DNA of 64,000 nucleotides, taken from NCBI GenBank assembly GCA_963664875.1, contig OY761611.1, positions 3,680,001 to 3,744,000 on the forward strand, given 5' to 3'. The position numbers and the translations under genes are program-made. The notes under the pieces are model-generated. The model searched no databases, was not told where the DNA came from, and saw only the letters and a program-made list of their open reading frames with translations. The DNA is from Candidatus Kapaibacterium sp. GTDB lineage: Bacteria; Bacteroidota; Ignavibacteria; Kapaibacteriales; UBA2268. Shown in pieces: positions 1-9,182 of this stretch (position 1 is the stretch's first letter; every line of letters begins with the position of its first letter).

Positions 1-1002
1 AGTATTGTTGTTGCTAAATCTTTTGATTTTAATGCTGGTAAGAAGTTTAACCTTAACTTGACTATTCTAACTCAACAATACTTTGTTATAAATGAGAGCA
101 TAAATCCCGAGTTTTTTAAAGAAATTGACAATTATTCTGATAATATCTACTTATTCGACAATTATGGCAATTTTATAGATAGCATTGCTTTTAAGGATGA
201 TGATAGTATTTATGCAAGATTTCCGAATTTAACAGGAGAATGGAATTATAGCGAAGTAGCAACTCCAAATTTGCCCAATATCATTAAATTTGAAACACCA
301 TTAGTTTATATCAACGAATTTATGCCAAATAATGATTCTACCATTGCTGATGAGTCCGGTAAGTTTGAAGACTGGATTGAATTATACAATCCGAATGACT
401 TTGAAGTAGATCTCTCCGGTTATTACCTTTCTGACGAATTAGAAGAAACCGATAAATGGAAAATTCCTAAAGGCATTGTCATTGAACCTAAGGGATATTT
501 ACTCTTTTGGGCTGACAAAGATGAGGAAGAGGGGGATATGCATATTGATTTCAAGTTGTCATCAGACAGTGGTTATGTGATACTTACCAACCCTCAGAAT
601 AATTATATAATTGACAGCACATATTATATAGATGCTGATTCTGATGAATCATTTGCCCGTAACGGAGACGGCAACAGCGAATGGATTAAGGCTCATGTCC
701 CGACTCCTAACAGAAGCAATATTTATTATGATGCAGAAACAAGGTATCTCCTTAAAAACGTCTATCCTAATCCGGCAGACGATATTCTGAATATCTACTT
801 TGTTCTTCATCGAAATAAAAATGTGAAAGTTAGAATTGCGGATTTGCTTGGCAAAACTGTGATGAACATTTATGATGAAAAATTACCAGCCGGCGAATAC
901 ACTATCGAAACTGATTTATCAGACATAGCACCCGGTATGTATTATCTCTACTTTGAAACTAAAGACTACTATGAAGTCAAGCCTTTTATAGTAGTGAGAT
1001 AA
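1..1002 (+). CDS. Lamin-tail-domain (LTD) protein with T9SS C-terminal sorting domain, 5'-truncated by window edge
   Basis: Frame open from base 1; LTD motif YINEFMPNN...DWIELYNP...VDLSGYYLSD; C-terminal NVYPNPA...PGMYYL...KPFIVVR typical of T9SS type A CTD. Confidence 0.85.
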   Translation, partial: SIVVAKSFDFNAGKKFNLNLTILTQQYFVINESINPEFFKEIDNYSDNIYLFDNYGNFIDSIAFKDDDSIYARFPNLTGEWNYSEVATPNLPNIIKFETPLVYINEFMPNNDSTIADESGKFEDWIELYNPNDFEVDLSGYYLSDELEETDKWKIPKGIVIEPKGYLLFWADKDEEEGDMHIDFKLSSDSGYVILTNPQNNYIIDSTYYIDADSDESFARNGDGNSEWIKAHVPTPNRSNIYYDAETRYLLKNVYPNPADDILNIYFVLHRNKNVKVRIADLLGKTVMNIYDEKLPAGEYTIETDLSDIAPGMYYLYFETKDYYEVKPFIVVR

Positions 1003-1079
1003 TTTGTAAAGAGACTATTCCTATTCTAAAGTGTCATTCTTTTTTTAGTATTCTTTCTAAATAAATATGGTTTAGTACT

Positions 1080-4000
1080 ATGCGCATTATATACTTTTTT
1101 GTTTTGTTTCTTGCATTTACTGCTACAGAAGCTTTTACTGATGGGGTAAAAAAATATTATATAAGTTGCGATCCGGCTCAACTTAAGCAAATATACGATA
1201 ATCCTCTTGATGATATTTATATTCCGATAAGTTTGGAATTTGAAGGTAAAACTTGGACAGACGTAGAAATGAGAATTAGGGGAGATGGCTCAAGGCTTGA
1301 CCCTAAAAAATCTCTCAAGCTAAATTTCAAAGGTGAAGTGTTTTCAAATGGAAGAGAAAAAATAAACTTCAATGCTGAGTATTTAGATTTGACTTATGCC
1401 AGCTCTTACTTATCCGCACATGTTTACAGGGAAGTTGGAATTCCTGTATTTGATATTGAGCATGCGGCTCTTTATATCAATAACGAGTTCTTCGGTTTGT
1501 ATCTTAGAATCGAAAATGTGGACGAGCAGTACCTCACCGCAAGAGATATGAATCCAAAAGGTAATTTATATAAAGCTACTTACGACGGAGCCTCACTTTC
1601 TCGTGATGACGATTGTAAGCTGAATTGGGAAAAGAAAACAAATGAAAACGGAATCTTTGATGATCTTTATGCATTAAGAGATTCTGTAAATGCTATACCG
1701 AGTAAAGATTTTAAACCTTTCCTTTTGAGGACATTTGATTATCAAAATCTTATAGATATTATTGCAATCAATATCCTTATCTCTAATGCTTCTACTTACT
1801 ATCACAATTACTATCTTTATCATGATATCAATGGCTCAGGCAAATGGATATATATGCCTTGGGATATGGACAAAACTTTTAGCCATCAAGGTTACGGGAA
1901 AGACTATTCTTACACATCTCATCCGATTAGACAAGATAATCCACTTATCGAAAAATGTTTTATAAATGATGAAGTTTTTGCTGACGTCAAAGAAAGAGTT
2001 CAGCAAATTAGCAATTCTACGATGAACGATATTAAGCTAAGTCCAATTTTAGACTCCTTGAAACTCGTGCTAACTGATTATGTACTGATGGATGATACTG
2101 ACCAAATTTCCGGAATGGAAGCGTGGGAACAATCAATGGGTAACTTTAAAACTTATTTTAAAGAAAGAATTGATTTCTTGAATAATATGTTCAACAAGGA
2201 ACCTCAGCCGTTCGAAGTTTACACTTGTCCTCAAAATATCTATGATGAATATACTGTAAAATGGGAGGCTTCATCATCTTCTGAAGGCGAAGTAGAGTAC
2301 AAGATTTTGCTCAATACGAACAAGAATATAATTGACGGAAATGCTCAAGTTATTGAAAATATCAAAGAAACAAGCTATACATTTAAAAATCTCTCACATG
2401 GTCAAAAATATTATTTTATGGTAGTGGCTGTAGCCGGCGGTACAGAGCGGGAAGGAGCTGACAACCACAATTACTTTACATTTTATAAAACGAAAGCCTT
2501 GCCTTGCGAAATTAATGAGAATACTGTGCTTACAAAAGAAGATGGACCTTATAGCGTTGAATGTAATACTGTTGTTATGCCTAACATCAATCTAACTATT
2601 GAGGCAGGAACTATTATTGCTTTTGATTCTGGAATGCGGCTAAAAATAAGGGGAGATATGCAAATCCATGGTACTGAAGATGAACCGGTAATTTTTGAAC
2701 CAAAAAGAGATTATGAACGATTTCAGGATATTTATTTCCATTATACAACTAAACCTTGTGTTTTAGAATATTTTAAAGTTTTAAATGGTGGAATGTATTC
2801 TCAAAATTCCATGATAGATATTAAAGGCATGTTCATGAGATATGACTTTATTGACAATTTTGAGGAGATACCACTTATTTGGTTTGATTTCACAGGTGGC
2901 AAACTAGAGAAATCTACAATAATTTCAAATGGTCAGAGAGAAGGCTTTATCTATAAAAGACATAATAACATAGATGTTCATTATAACACAATGCATAATA
3001 CGCCTGATGCTATTGAATTTATTTTATGTAATGATATTAGGGTGAGCCACAACGCCGTGTATAATTCGACTGATGATGCAGTTGATTTGAATGGTTGTTC
3101 CAACGCAGATATTAGTTATAATTATTTCTATAACTCAGCAGATAAGGGGATTTCGGTTGGTAATGATACAATTGTATCAGAAAAGATTAATATTCATCAT
3201 AATGTTTTCGAGAAATGTAAATATGGAGTTGAAGTAAAGGCATCTTCCTTAGAAGCATTCAATAATACTTTTATTGGTAATGAAACTGCAATTCACTCAT
3301 TTGAAAGAAGAGCAGGAGACGGTGGTGGAAATGCGACAACCTACAATAATCTTTTCTTTAATAACAATAAAGACTTGGTTGTGGATGATAAATCAACTGC
3401 TTCCCTCAACTACTCTCTTTCAAACAAAGAGTTACATCAGGGGATAGGTAATTTGCAGGCTGATCCGATGTTTGTAGATGCTGCCTTTGGTAATTACTAT
3501 TTGATGCCTAATTCTCCGGCTATTGATGCAGGTGACCCTAATTCGCCTAAGGATGAAGATGGTTCGAGAGCTGATATGGGGGCATTCCCGTTCGAACAGC
3601 ATACTACAAATATTGTTATCAATGAAATACATTACAATCAGGACGATATAGTAATTTCAGGTGATTGGGTAGAACTTTATAATAATTCCGGTTTGGACAT
3701 TGATTTAAGTAACTGGTATTTCTCTGATTCTGATGATGCTCATAAATTCGTAATTCCTAATGGTACCATACTCCAAAAAAATGCGTATTTAGTTCTTGCA
3801 GAAACTGCTAAAGATTTTAGTAGCTCCTATCCGGGAGTGAAAAACTACATAGGTAGTCTTGATTTCGGATTTAGTGGAAGTGGTGAACTGCTTAGGTTGT
3901 TTAATCCTTATGGCGTTTTGATAGATCATGTGGAGTACTCTGACAAAGCTCCTTGGCCTACAGAAGCTGATGGAGATGGATATACATTATCATTGATAGA

Positions 4001-4358
4001 TTCGGGATATGACAATGCTCTTCCTGAAAGTTGGCTACCTTCTAAAGAGAAATACGGCACTCCGGGTAAATCAAATTTTGGTACTGATTTGATTGATATT
4101 CATAAAACTGATGTTTCATTCAAGGTATATCCTATGCCGGCGAATTCCTACCTGAATGTAGTTTTCAATAAAAACTTTGATTTGGGATCTGTGCTGATTT
4201 ATGATACTTATGGCAATTCTGTTTTAGCGCAAAAAACATTAAGAAAATCAGGTGAAATGCAAATTGATGTTAGTGGCTTTGCTCCGGGTACTTACTATCT
4301 TATGGTCAATCTGAGCGATGGTAGTTCTGTAAACAGCAAGTTTGTGGTTATAAGATAA
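1080..4358 (+). CDS. Secreted CotH kinase family protein with FN3, beta-helix, LTD and T9SS CTD
   Basis: Signal peptide; CotH motifs RIRGDGS...KKSLKLNF, HNYYLY...MPWDMDKTF; beta-helix DDAVDLNG/DKGISVG repeats; LTD VINEIHYN...DWVELYNN; CTD VYPMPA...PGTYYL...SKFVVIR. Confidence 0.85.
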   Translation: MRIIYFFVLFLAFTATEAFTDGVKKYYISCDPAQLKQIYDNPLDDIYIPISLEFEGKTWTDVEMRIRGDGSRLDPKKSLKLNFKGEVFSNGREKINFNAEYLDLTYASSYLSAHVYREVGIPVFDIEHAALYINNEFFGLYLRIENVDEQYLTARDMNPKGNLYKATYDGASLSRDDDCKLNWEKKTNENGIFDDLYALRDSVNAIPSKDFKPFLLRTFDYQNLIDIIAINILISNASTYYHNYYLYHDINGSGKWIYMPWDMDKTFSHQGYGKDYSYTSHPIRQDNPLIEKCFINDEVFADVKERVQQISNSTMNDIKLSPILDSLKLVLTDYVLMDDTDQISGMEAWEQSMGNFKTYFKERIDFLNNMFNKEPQPFEVYTCPQNIYDEYTVKWEASSSSEGEVEYKILLNTNKNIIDGNAQVIENIKETSYTFKNLSHGQKYYFMVVAVAGGTEREGADNHNYFTFYKTKALPCEINENTVLTKEDGPYSVECNTVVMPNINLTIEAGTIIAFDSGMRLKIRGDMQIHGTEDEPVIFEPKRDYERFQDIYFHYTTKPCVLEYFKVLNGGMYSQNSMIDIKGMFMRYDFIDNFEEIPLIWFDFTGGKLEKSTIISNGQREGFIYKRHNNIDVHYNTMHNTPDAIEFILCNDIRVSHNAVYNSTDDAVDLNGCSNADISYNYFYNSADKGISVGNDTIVSEKINIHHNVFEKCKYGVEVKASSLEAFNNTFIGNETAIHSFERRAGDGGGNATTYNNLFFNNNKDLVVDDKSTASLNYSLSNKELHQGIGNLQADPMFVDAAFGNYYLMPNSPAIDAGDPNSPKDEDGSRADMGAFPFEQHTTNIVINEIHYNQDDIVISGDWVELYNNSGLDIDLSNWYFSDSDDAHKFVIPNGTILQKNAYLVLAETAKDFSSSYPGVKNYIGSLDFGFSGSGELLRLFNPYGVLIDHVEYSDKAPWPTEADGDGYTLSLIDSGYDNALPESWLPSKEKYGTPGKSNFGTDLIDIHKTDVSFKVYPMPANSYLNVVFNKNFDLGSVLIYDTYGNSVLAQKTLRKSGEMQIDVSGFAPGTYYLMVNLSDGSSVNSKFVVIR

Positions 4359-4388
4359 GTTGATTTACGAAAACAAGTTTCAAAATAT

Positions 4389-4422
4389 ATGGAGAAGCAG
4401 TTTTCGCCTCTCCATTTTTTTT
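4389..4422 (+). terminator. Probable intrinsic terminator
   Basis: ATGGAGA...TCTCCAT stem followed by T-run, 30 bp after the CotH gene stop. Confidence 0.65.
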
Positions 4423-4482
4423 TATTATATTCAAACTATACCTAAATCATCAATTTGCTGATTAAAAACACAAGAGGATATA

Positions 4483-4845
4483 ATGGAGTCGATAAAATCA
4501 ATAATTGAAAATTTGAATGCAGCTTGGGTCAATCAGGACTATAAACCATTAGAATCTCTGCTTCATAAAGATGTGGTATTCACAATGCCGGGATTTAAAG
4601 CTCAGGTAATAGGATTAGATAAATGCATCGAAGGTTATAAGCAGTTTATGCAGGTGGCTGAGTTGCACAATTTCGAAATTGACAATCTTAATATCACTAT
4701 TACCGGCAATACTGCTGTAGCTCACTATAATTATAAAATAAGCTACACAGTCAATTCTGAAAAATACGATGAAGAAGGTATAGATATCTTTACTTTAACA
4801 AATATTGAAGGTAATTGGTTAGTGGTGTGGCGAGGAATGGCATAA
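4483..4845 (+). CDS. NTF2-like (SnoaL/DUF4440) family protein
   Basis: 120 aa; LNAAW...LESLLHKDVVF...GNTAVAHY...GNWLVVW pattern; AGAGGA RBS. Confidence 0.75.
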   Translation: MESIKSIIENLNAAWVNQDYKPLESLLHKDVVFTMPGFKAQVIGLDKCIEGYKQFMQVAELHNFEIDNLNITITGNTAVAHYNYKISYTVNSEKYDEEGIDIFTLTNIEGNWLVVWRGMA

Positions 4846-4934
4846 ACTTTTTTTCTTATATTCAGTAAAAATACAATATCAGATAAATAAGTCCGTTTAT
4901 AAAATGTACGATTTTTTTTATAAAGGGATAAATT

Positions 4935-5273
4935 ATGAATATCAGAAATTATGCTACGGAAGAAACAAAACAGACCCCGCACGGTCTTGAAATAAAGCAG
5001 GTATATGCCAAAGAAAATGCTCATGCTATGCACATTAGCTTAAAAGCGGGAGAGTCTCTTCGTCCTCATATTACTCCGGTAGATGTATTCTTTTATATTT
5101 TGGAAGGCACTCCGACTGTTGTAGTAGGAGAGGAGGAGTATATTGCCTCTGTCGATGATGTGATAGAAAGCCCTAAGGACATAATGCACTATCTCAAAAA
5201 TGATTCTGCTAAGCTTGCGAGGATTTTGGTTGTGAAAGCTCCTGCACCAACTGCCAAGGCTCAACTCTTATAA
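4935..5273 (+). CDS. Cupin domain protein
   Basis: LKAGESLRPHITP...FYILEG...ESPKDIMHYLKN cupin motifs. Confidence 0.85.
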   Translation: MNIRNYATEETKQTPHGLEIKQVYAKENAHAMHISLKAGESLRPHITPVDVFFYILEGTPTVVVGEEEYIASVDDVIESPKDIMHYLKNDSAKLARILVVKAPAPTAKAQLL

Positions 5274-5320
5274 TAAAAAAAAATCCCGTTGCTCATACTG
5301 ATTAGAGAAACGGGATTTTT
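5274..5320. terminator. Bidirectional intrinsic terminator
   Basis: A-run, AATCCCGTT...AACGGGATT stem and T-run between convergent genes. Confidence 0.8.
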
Positions 5321-5332
5321 GAATTATCAAAA

Positions 5333-5887
5333 CTACTCGCCTGCCTTTGCTTTTTTCTTGCTTTTTTCCATTTTTTCCATCAATTCAGGCATTCCTCCTG
5401 TCATCATGCCGGCTGCCTGAATTAGCTTACCTAAATCTGATAGACCGGATATATTTATAAGTACTACTTCATCTTTTTGGATTACGTACATGATAAAGTC
5501 TTTTTTGACTTTGTCAGACAGCATTTTCACAGTCTCGTTTTTCTGGTTTACTTCCATCAGTACTTCGTAATCAGAGTAAGTGCTTTTGATTTCTGATTTG
5601 AGTTTGTCTATCTTGTCTTTGCCCCAACCTGATTCAATTAGATTGATAGTCAGAACTTTTACACCCTTGATTTCATTTGCGATATCCCTGAATTCCTTGC
5701 TTTTCTGGTCATTGGCACCCATGTTTACGAAGGATTTCAACATCGCAGGTGTAACATTTACAAGTGTTACTCCTTCTAAATCTTTTACTTCATCGTAAAC
5801 TTTGTCCACGAAGTTATCTGCGGCAAAAGCAGCAACCGAAGCAATTGCAAAGATTAGTGGAAGCATAAGTTTGCTGATTAGTTTCAT
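5333..5887 (-). CDS. DUF4252-like exported protein
   Basis: Signal peptide; GVTLVNVTPAMLK, YEVLMEVN, VVLINISG motifs; typical third gene of a Bacteroidota ECF operon. Confidence 0.7.
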   Translation of the reverse strand: MKLISKLMLPLIFAIASVAAFAADNFVDKVYDEVKDLEGVTLVNVTPAMLKSFVNMGANDQKSKEFRDIANEIKGVKVLTINLIESGWGKDKIDKLKSEIKSTYSDYEVLMEVNQKNETVKMLSDKVKKDFIMYVIQKDEVVLINISGLSDLGKLIQAAGMMTGGMPELMEKMEKSKKKAKAGE

Positions 5888-6339
5888 TTTGTTTCCTTTG
5901 GAATATTGGTAGAATTTAGTTTTTTGAGTTCATTTAGCACTTCTAATTGTGCAAAGTTCTCTTCTATTTTGCTGAGAGCTGTTAAATTTTGAGTACTTGT
6001 ATTTATATGATACATTACCGTCATTAGAGCTTCTTTAGTTATTTTCGCATCATTCTGACGTGAAATATTTGAGCTGATTACCATTGCAGCTGTGATAGTA
6101 ATAATCATTAAAGCTGCAGCTACAGTACCTGCATATCTGAATCGTTGCTTTTTTGGCTTATTGTTTATTAGTACCTTGCTACGCTGGTTAGCATCTATAA
6201 ATGTAAAGTAATCGCGATAAGCATCGAAATCAGATTCGGGCTTGTCTCTGAAATAGTCTCTGAGAAGTTGTTCTTCTTCCAAAGTTGTTTCGCCGTCGAA
6301 ATACTTATCGAGAAGTTTTTTTATAATATTAGCGTTCAT
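5884..6339 (-). CDS. Putative membrane anti-sigma factor
   Basis: LLDKYFDGETTLEEEQLLRDYF N-terminus plus one TM helix, directly after an ECF sigma; start placed at the ATG overlapping the sigma gene end. Confidence 0.7.
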   Translation of the reverse strand: MNANIIKKLLDKYFDGETTLEEEQLLRDYFRDKPESDFDAYRDYFTFIDANQRSKVLINNKPKKQRFRYAGTVAAALMIITITAAMVISSNISRQNDAKITKEALMTVMYHINTSTQNLTALSKIEENFAQLEVLNELKKLNSTNIPKETK

Positions 6340-6826
6340 ATTCAAATCCAATCTCTAATAATTCTCTTACGGTTTTTCTTGCTCTGGACAAATTTGTTTT
6401 AATGGCATTGATTTTCATGCCTGTTATGTTTTCTATCTCTTCATACTCATAGCCCTGAAGATCGCGTAAAGAAAATATTAACTGTTGCTTTTCGGGCAAT
6501 CGACTGAGAGCAGTTTCTATCATCACTCTTACATCAATTTTTTGTTCGGTGTTGTCAGTTGTCTGTCCAAAATACTCTAAACTGCTGTCCAATCTTATTT
6601 CCTTTTTCTTTCGCAACTTATCTATACACAGATTTTTGAGTGAGTTGACTGCAAAAGCACTTCCCGAAGGATACTTATCAAGCTCGCTGCCTTTTTCCAA
6701 AGCTTTCAGGTATAAATCCTGCAAAGCATCTTCAGCCTCGGTTTCTGTGCCGAGCATTCGTCTTGCAATCGCCTGCAGCTTGTGCCGGATTGCATAAATA
6801 TCTTCTATTTTGTCTTTTAGTTTCAT
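6329..6826 (-). CDS. ECF-type RNA polymerase sigma factor
   Basis: Region 2 EAEDALQDLYLK...KNLCIDKLRKK and region 4 LPEKQQLIFSLRDLQGYEYEEI...TNLSRARK; start may extend to 6850. Confidence 0.9.
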   Translation of the reverse strand: MKLKDKIEDIYAIRHKLQAIARRMLGTETEAEDALQDLYLKALEKGSELDKYPSGSAFAVNSLKNLCIDKLRKKKEIRLDSSLEYFGQTTDNTEQKIDVRVMIETALSRLPEKQQLIFSLRDLQGYEYEEIENITGMKINAIKTNLSRARKTVRELLEIGFEYER

Positions 6827-6894
6827 ATCTACTTGGTAAACGCACAGCACTTCAAATCGTTACAAATAAATTTTTCCTATATCAAATAAAAACT

Positions 6895-6938
6895 ATTTAG
6901 ATATTGTTGATATTATTCTTAACTTAACTGTAAGAACA
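6895..6938 (+). promoter_or_regulatory. Conserved upstream motif, copy 1 (probable promoter/operator)
   Basis: 44-bp block whose last 24 bp ATTCTTAACTTAACTGTAAGAACA are identical to 7910-7933; contains TTCTTA/TAAGAA inverted repeat. Confidence 0.6.
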
Positions 6939-6986
6939 TTGTTCGCTGATGTAAAACCAAAAATTGCGAAAAACCGGAGTCTTTCG

Positions 6987-7853
6987 ATGTTAAGAATATT
7001 ATGCATAATTTGTATTTTTATGTTGATTTCCATAGATGCTTTTTCAGAATCTTTACTATTGCTAAGATCCGGGAGAGTTTTGAGTGGTGAAATCATGCAG
7101 GAAGATGAGATAACATTGCGTCTGAAATTTGCTGACGGTGCAGAAGTTACTCTTGAAAAAGATAAGATAATAAAAATAACTAATGCGAAATATGTCATTT
7201 CGACGGAAAACGGCAGTAGATATATAGGAGAGATTATTGAGGAAACTGATTTAATTGTTAGAGTCAAAACTGAAGGTAATCTGAATATTGAAATTCCCAA
7301 ATCTCAAATAAAAGACAGGCAAATTCAAACAAGATTCGACAAGCTTCATCAACGCAATAAATCCGTTAAAAGTAAATTGGAAAACAGCTCATGGGATGAT
7401 AACCAAATACTCAAAAGAATGGATTACAGTCTCGATCATTTTGATTTAGGCATTTCTTGGCATTTCCCGATTGGAATGAATGTAATCTTAGGATATTCAT
7501 CTGAAGAATTTGGGGTTAGAGTTCAGGGAGGCAAATTAGGGTCAGTGAGTGGCTTTCAGGGCAATCTCTTGATTAACTTATCACAGGAGAAATCAGTTGA
7601 AATGAACTTGGGGCTTTGCCTTGGGCAAGTTGATTTTGGATTATTTAATCAGGGTAATGGTCGTAAATATCTTACCCGTCCAAATTATGACAATAAATAC
7701 TCATATATTGGCTTGACATTAGATATAAATATATATGGTATTTTTATAGAAACAGGTTTATTTGGAGATATAAATAATAATCTTATTGATGAGTTTTCTC
7801 GTCCAAATGTTCATATCGCCTTTGGCTATGTCTTTAGATTTAACGAAATATAG
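6987..7853 (+). CDS. Exported protein with duplicated N-terminal domain and probable C-terminal beta-barrel (paralog of 7982-8890)
   Basis: Signal peptide after GGAG RBS; two copies of an LxSG/NG...GEI..E module; amphipathic strands ending GYVFRF. Confidence 0.65.
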   Translation: MLRILCIICIFMLISIDAFSESLLLLRSGRVLSGEIMQEDEITLRLKFADGAEVTLEKDKIIKITNAKYVISTENGSRYIGEIIEETDLIVRVKTEGNLNIEIPKSQIKDRQIQTRFDKLHQRNKSVKSKLENSSWDDNQILKRMDYSLDHFDLGISWHFPIGMNVILGYSSEEFGVRVQGGKLGSVSGFQGNLLINLSQEKSVEMNLGLCLGQVDFGLFNQGNGRKYLTRPNYDNKYSYIGLTLDINIYGIFIETGLFGDINNNLIDEFSRPNVHIAFGYVFRFNEI

Positions 7854-7889
7854 GAAATGTTAGAGATTATTGGATGATAGATAAAAAAT

Positions 7890-7933
7890 ATTTAGAAATA
7901 ATTGAAATAATTCTTAACTTAACTGTAAGAACA
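7890..7933 (+). promoter_or_regulatory. Conserved upstream motif, copy 2
   Basis: Matches 6895-6938 at the same distance from the start codon. Confidence 0.6.
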
Positions 7934-7981
7934 GCGTATAAATAAATAATACCAATAAATCTCAAAAAACGGAGCCTATCA

Positions 7982-8890
7982 ATGTTAAAAAAATTATGTT
8001 TATTCTTGATTTTTATGTTCTTTGCCTTAGATGCTTCTTCAGAATCAGTAGTTGAATTAAGATCAGGTACAGTGCTCGTAGGTGAGATAATTCAGGAAGA
8101 TAATCTCACACTCAAGCTCAAAACGAATGATCAGGTAGTTGTAACAATCGAAAAGGATAAGATTATCAAAATATCGAATGCTAAGCTGCTAATAATTACC
8201 AAAAACGGCAGTCGATATGTTGGTGAAATTATAGAAGAAAATGATTCGCTGATAAAGCTACGAACTGAAGACGATCTGATTATGGAAATACCAAAATCTC
8301 AAATACAGGATAAACTTTCTGCAACGACGTCCGATTTGAACCGACCGATGCCAAGCTATTATACTAACTCCAATCAACGCAGCGAATGGCCTTATAGCTA
8401 TAAGCAAAACAGCAATGCAAACGGAGGTTTATATTATATGCCTACCGACTACAATTTAGGGCACTACAATGCAGGAATTTCTCTTATACTTCCCGGAGGA
8501 GTAAATTTTGTTTTTGGTTATACTTCCAATGATGTAGGTTTCAGATTTCAGGGAGGTTACATTGGGGATATATATGGTTTGCAGGGCAATTTTTTGCTTA
8601 ATCTTTCCCAAACAAGAAACGTAGAAGTTAACCTCGGAATCTGTGGCGGTTTTACTCATCTCAGAGAAGAAATTACAAGGACTTACAGCAATTCTTATTA
8701 TTATGAAAAATATACTACCTTTATATACCCGACATACTCCTATGTTGGCTTGACTTTAGATGTTAATATTTATGGATTTTTTGTAGAAGCAGGTATTTCA
8801 GTAGGTGATGTCGATAATTACTTATCAGAAATTGAGTCTCCTCAAATATTATTTGCTATCGGCTATGTACACAGATTTAATAAGAGATGA
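7982..8890 (+). CDS. Exported protein with duplicated N-terminal domain and probable C-terminal beta-barrel (paralog of 6987-7853)
   Basis: Shares LRSG.VL.GEI.QED, NGSRY.GEIIEE, QGN.L.NLSQ, YSY.GLTLD.NIYG.F.E, GYV.RFN with the upstream gene. Confidence 0.65.
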   Translation: MLKKLCLFLIFMFFALDASSESVVELRSGTVLVGEIIQEDNLTLKLKTNDQVVVTIEKDKIIKISNAKLLIITKNGSRYVGEIIEENDSLIKLRTEDDLIMEIPKSQIQDKLSATTSDLNRPMPSYYTNSNQRSEWPYSYKQNSNANGGLYYMPTDYNLGHYNAGISLILPGGVNFVFGYTSNDVGFRFQGGYIGDIYGLQGNFLLNLSQTRNVEVNLGICGGFTHLREEITRTYSNSYYYEKYTTFIYPTYSYVGLTLDVNIYGFFVEAGISVGDVDNYLSEIESPQILFAIGYVHRFNKR

Positions 8891-9083
8891 GGCTGTCTCA
8901 TAAGTCAAAATTTGCAACATATTCTTGATGTTTGTAAGTTTTACCGACAGCTAAAGCAGTCGGTTGCACTTGTGTAACTCATTGCAACCGCATGCTTTAG
9001 CTTGCGGTAGAAGAAAATATAACGTTTGTTTTTCCTCTACTTTTACTAAAGAGTATGACAAAACTCAGACTTATGAGACAGCC
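8891..9083. mobile_element. Non-autonomous miniature inverted-repeat element (MITE), 193 bp
   Basis: Perfect 16-bp terminal inverted repeats GGCTGTCTCATAAGTC (8891-8906) and GACTTATGAGACAGCC (9068-9083); no ORF inside. Confidence 0.75.
8942..9009. repeat. REP-like inverted doublet inside the MITE
   Basis: TACCGACAGCTAAAGCAGTCGGTTGCA (8942-8968) and TGCAACCGCATGCTTTAGCTTGCGGTA (8983-9009); each is a hairpin and they are inverted copies. Confidence 0.7.
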
Positions 9084-9182
9084 CCGTCTGCATCTGAATT
9101 GCATTCTTATTTATGATTCGTAAGCAAATGTAGGCTTGATTTTCAGAGGGAAATGTTATGAAGGAAATACAGGAAATGTAAA

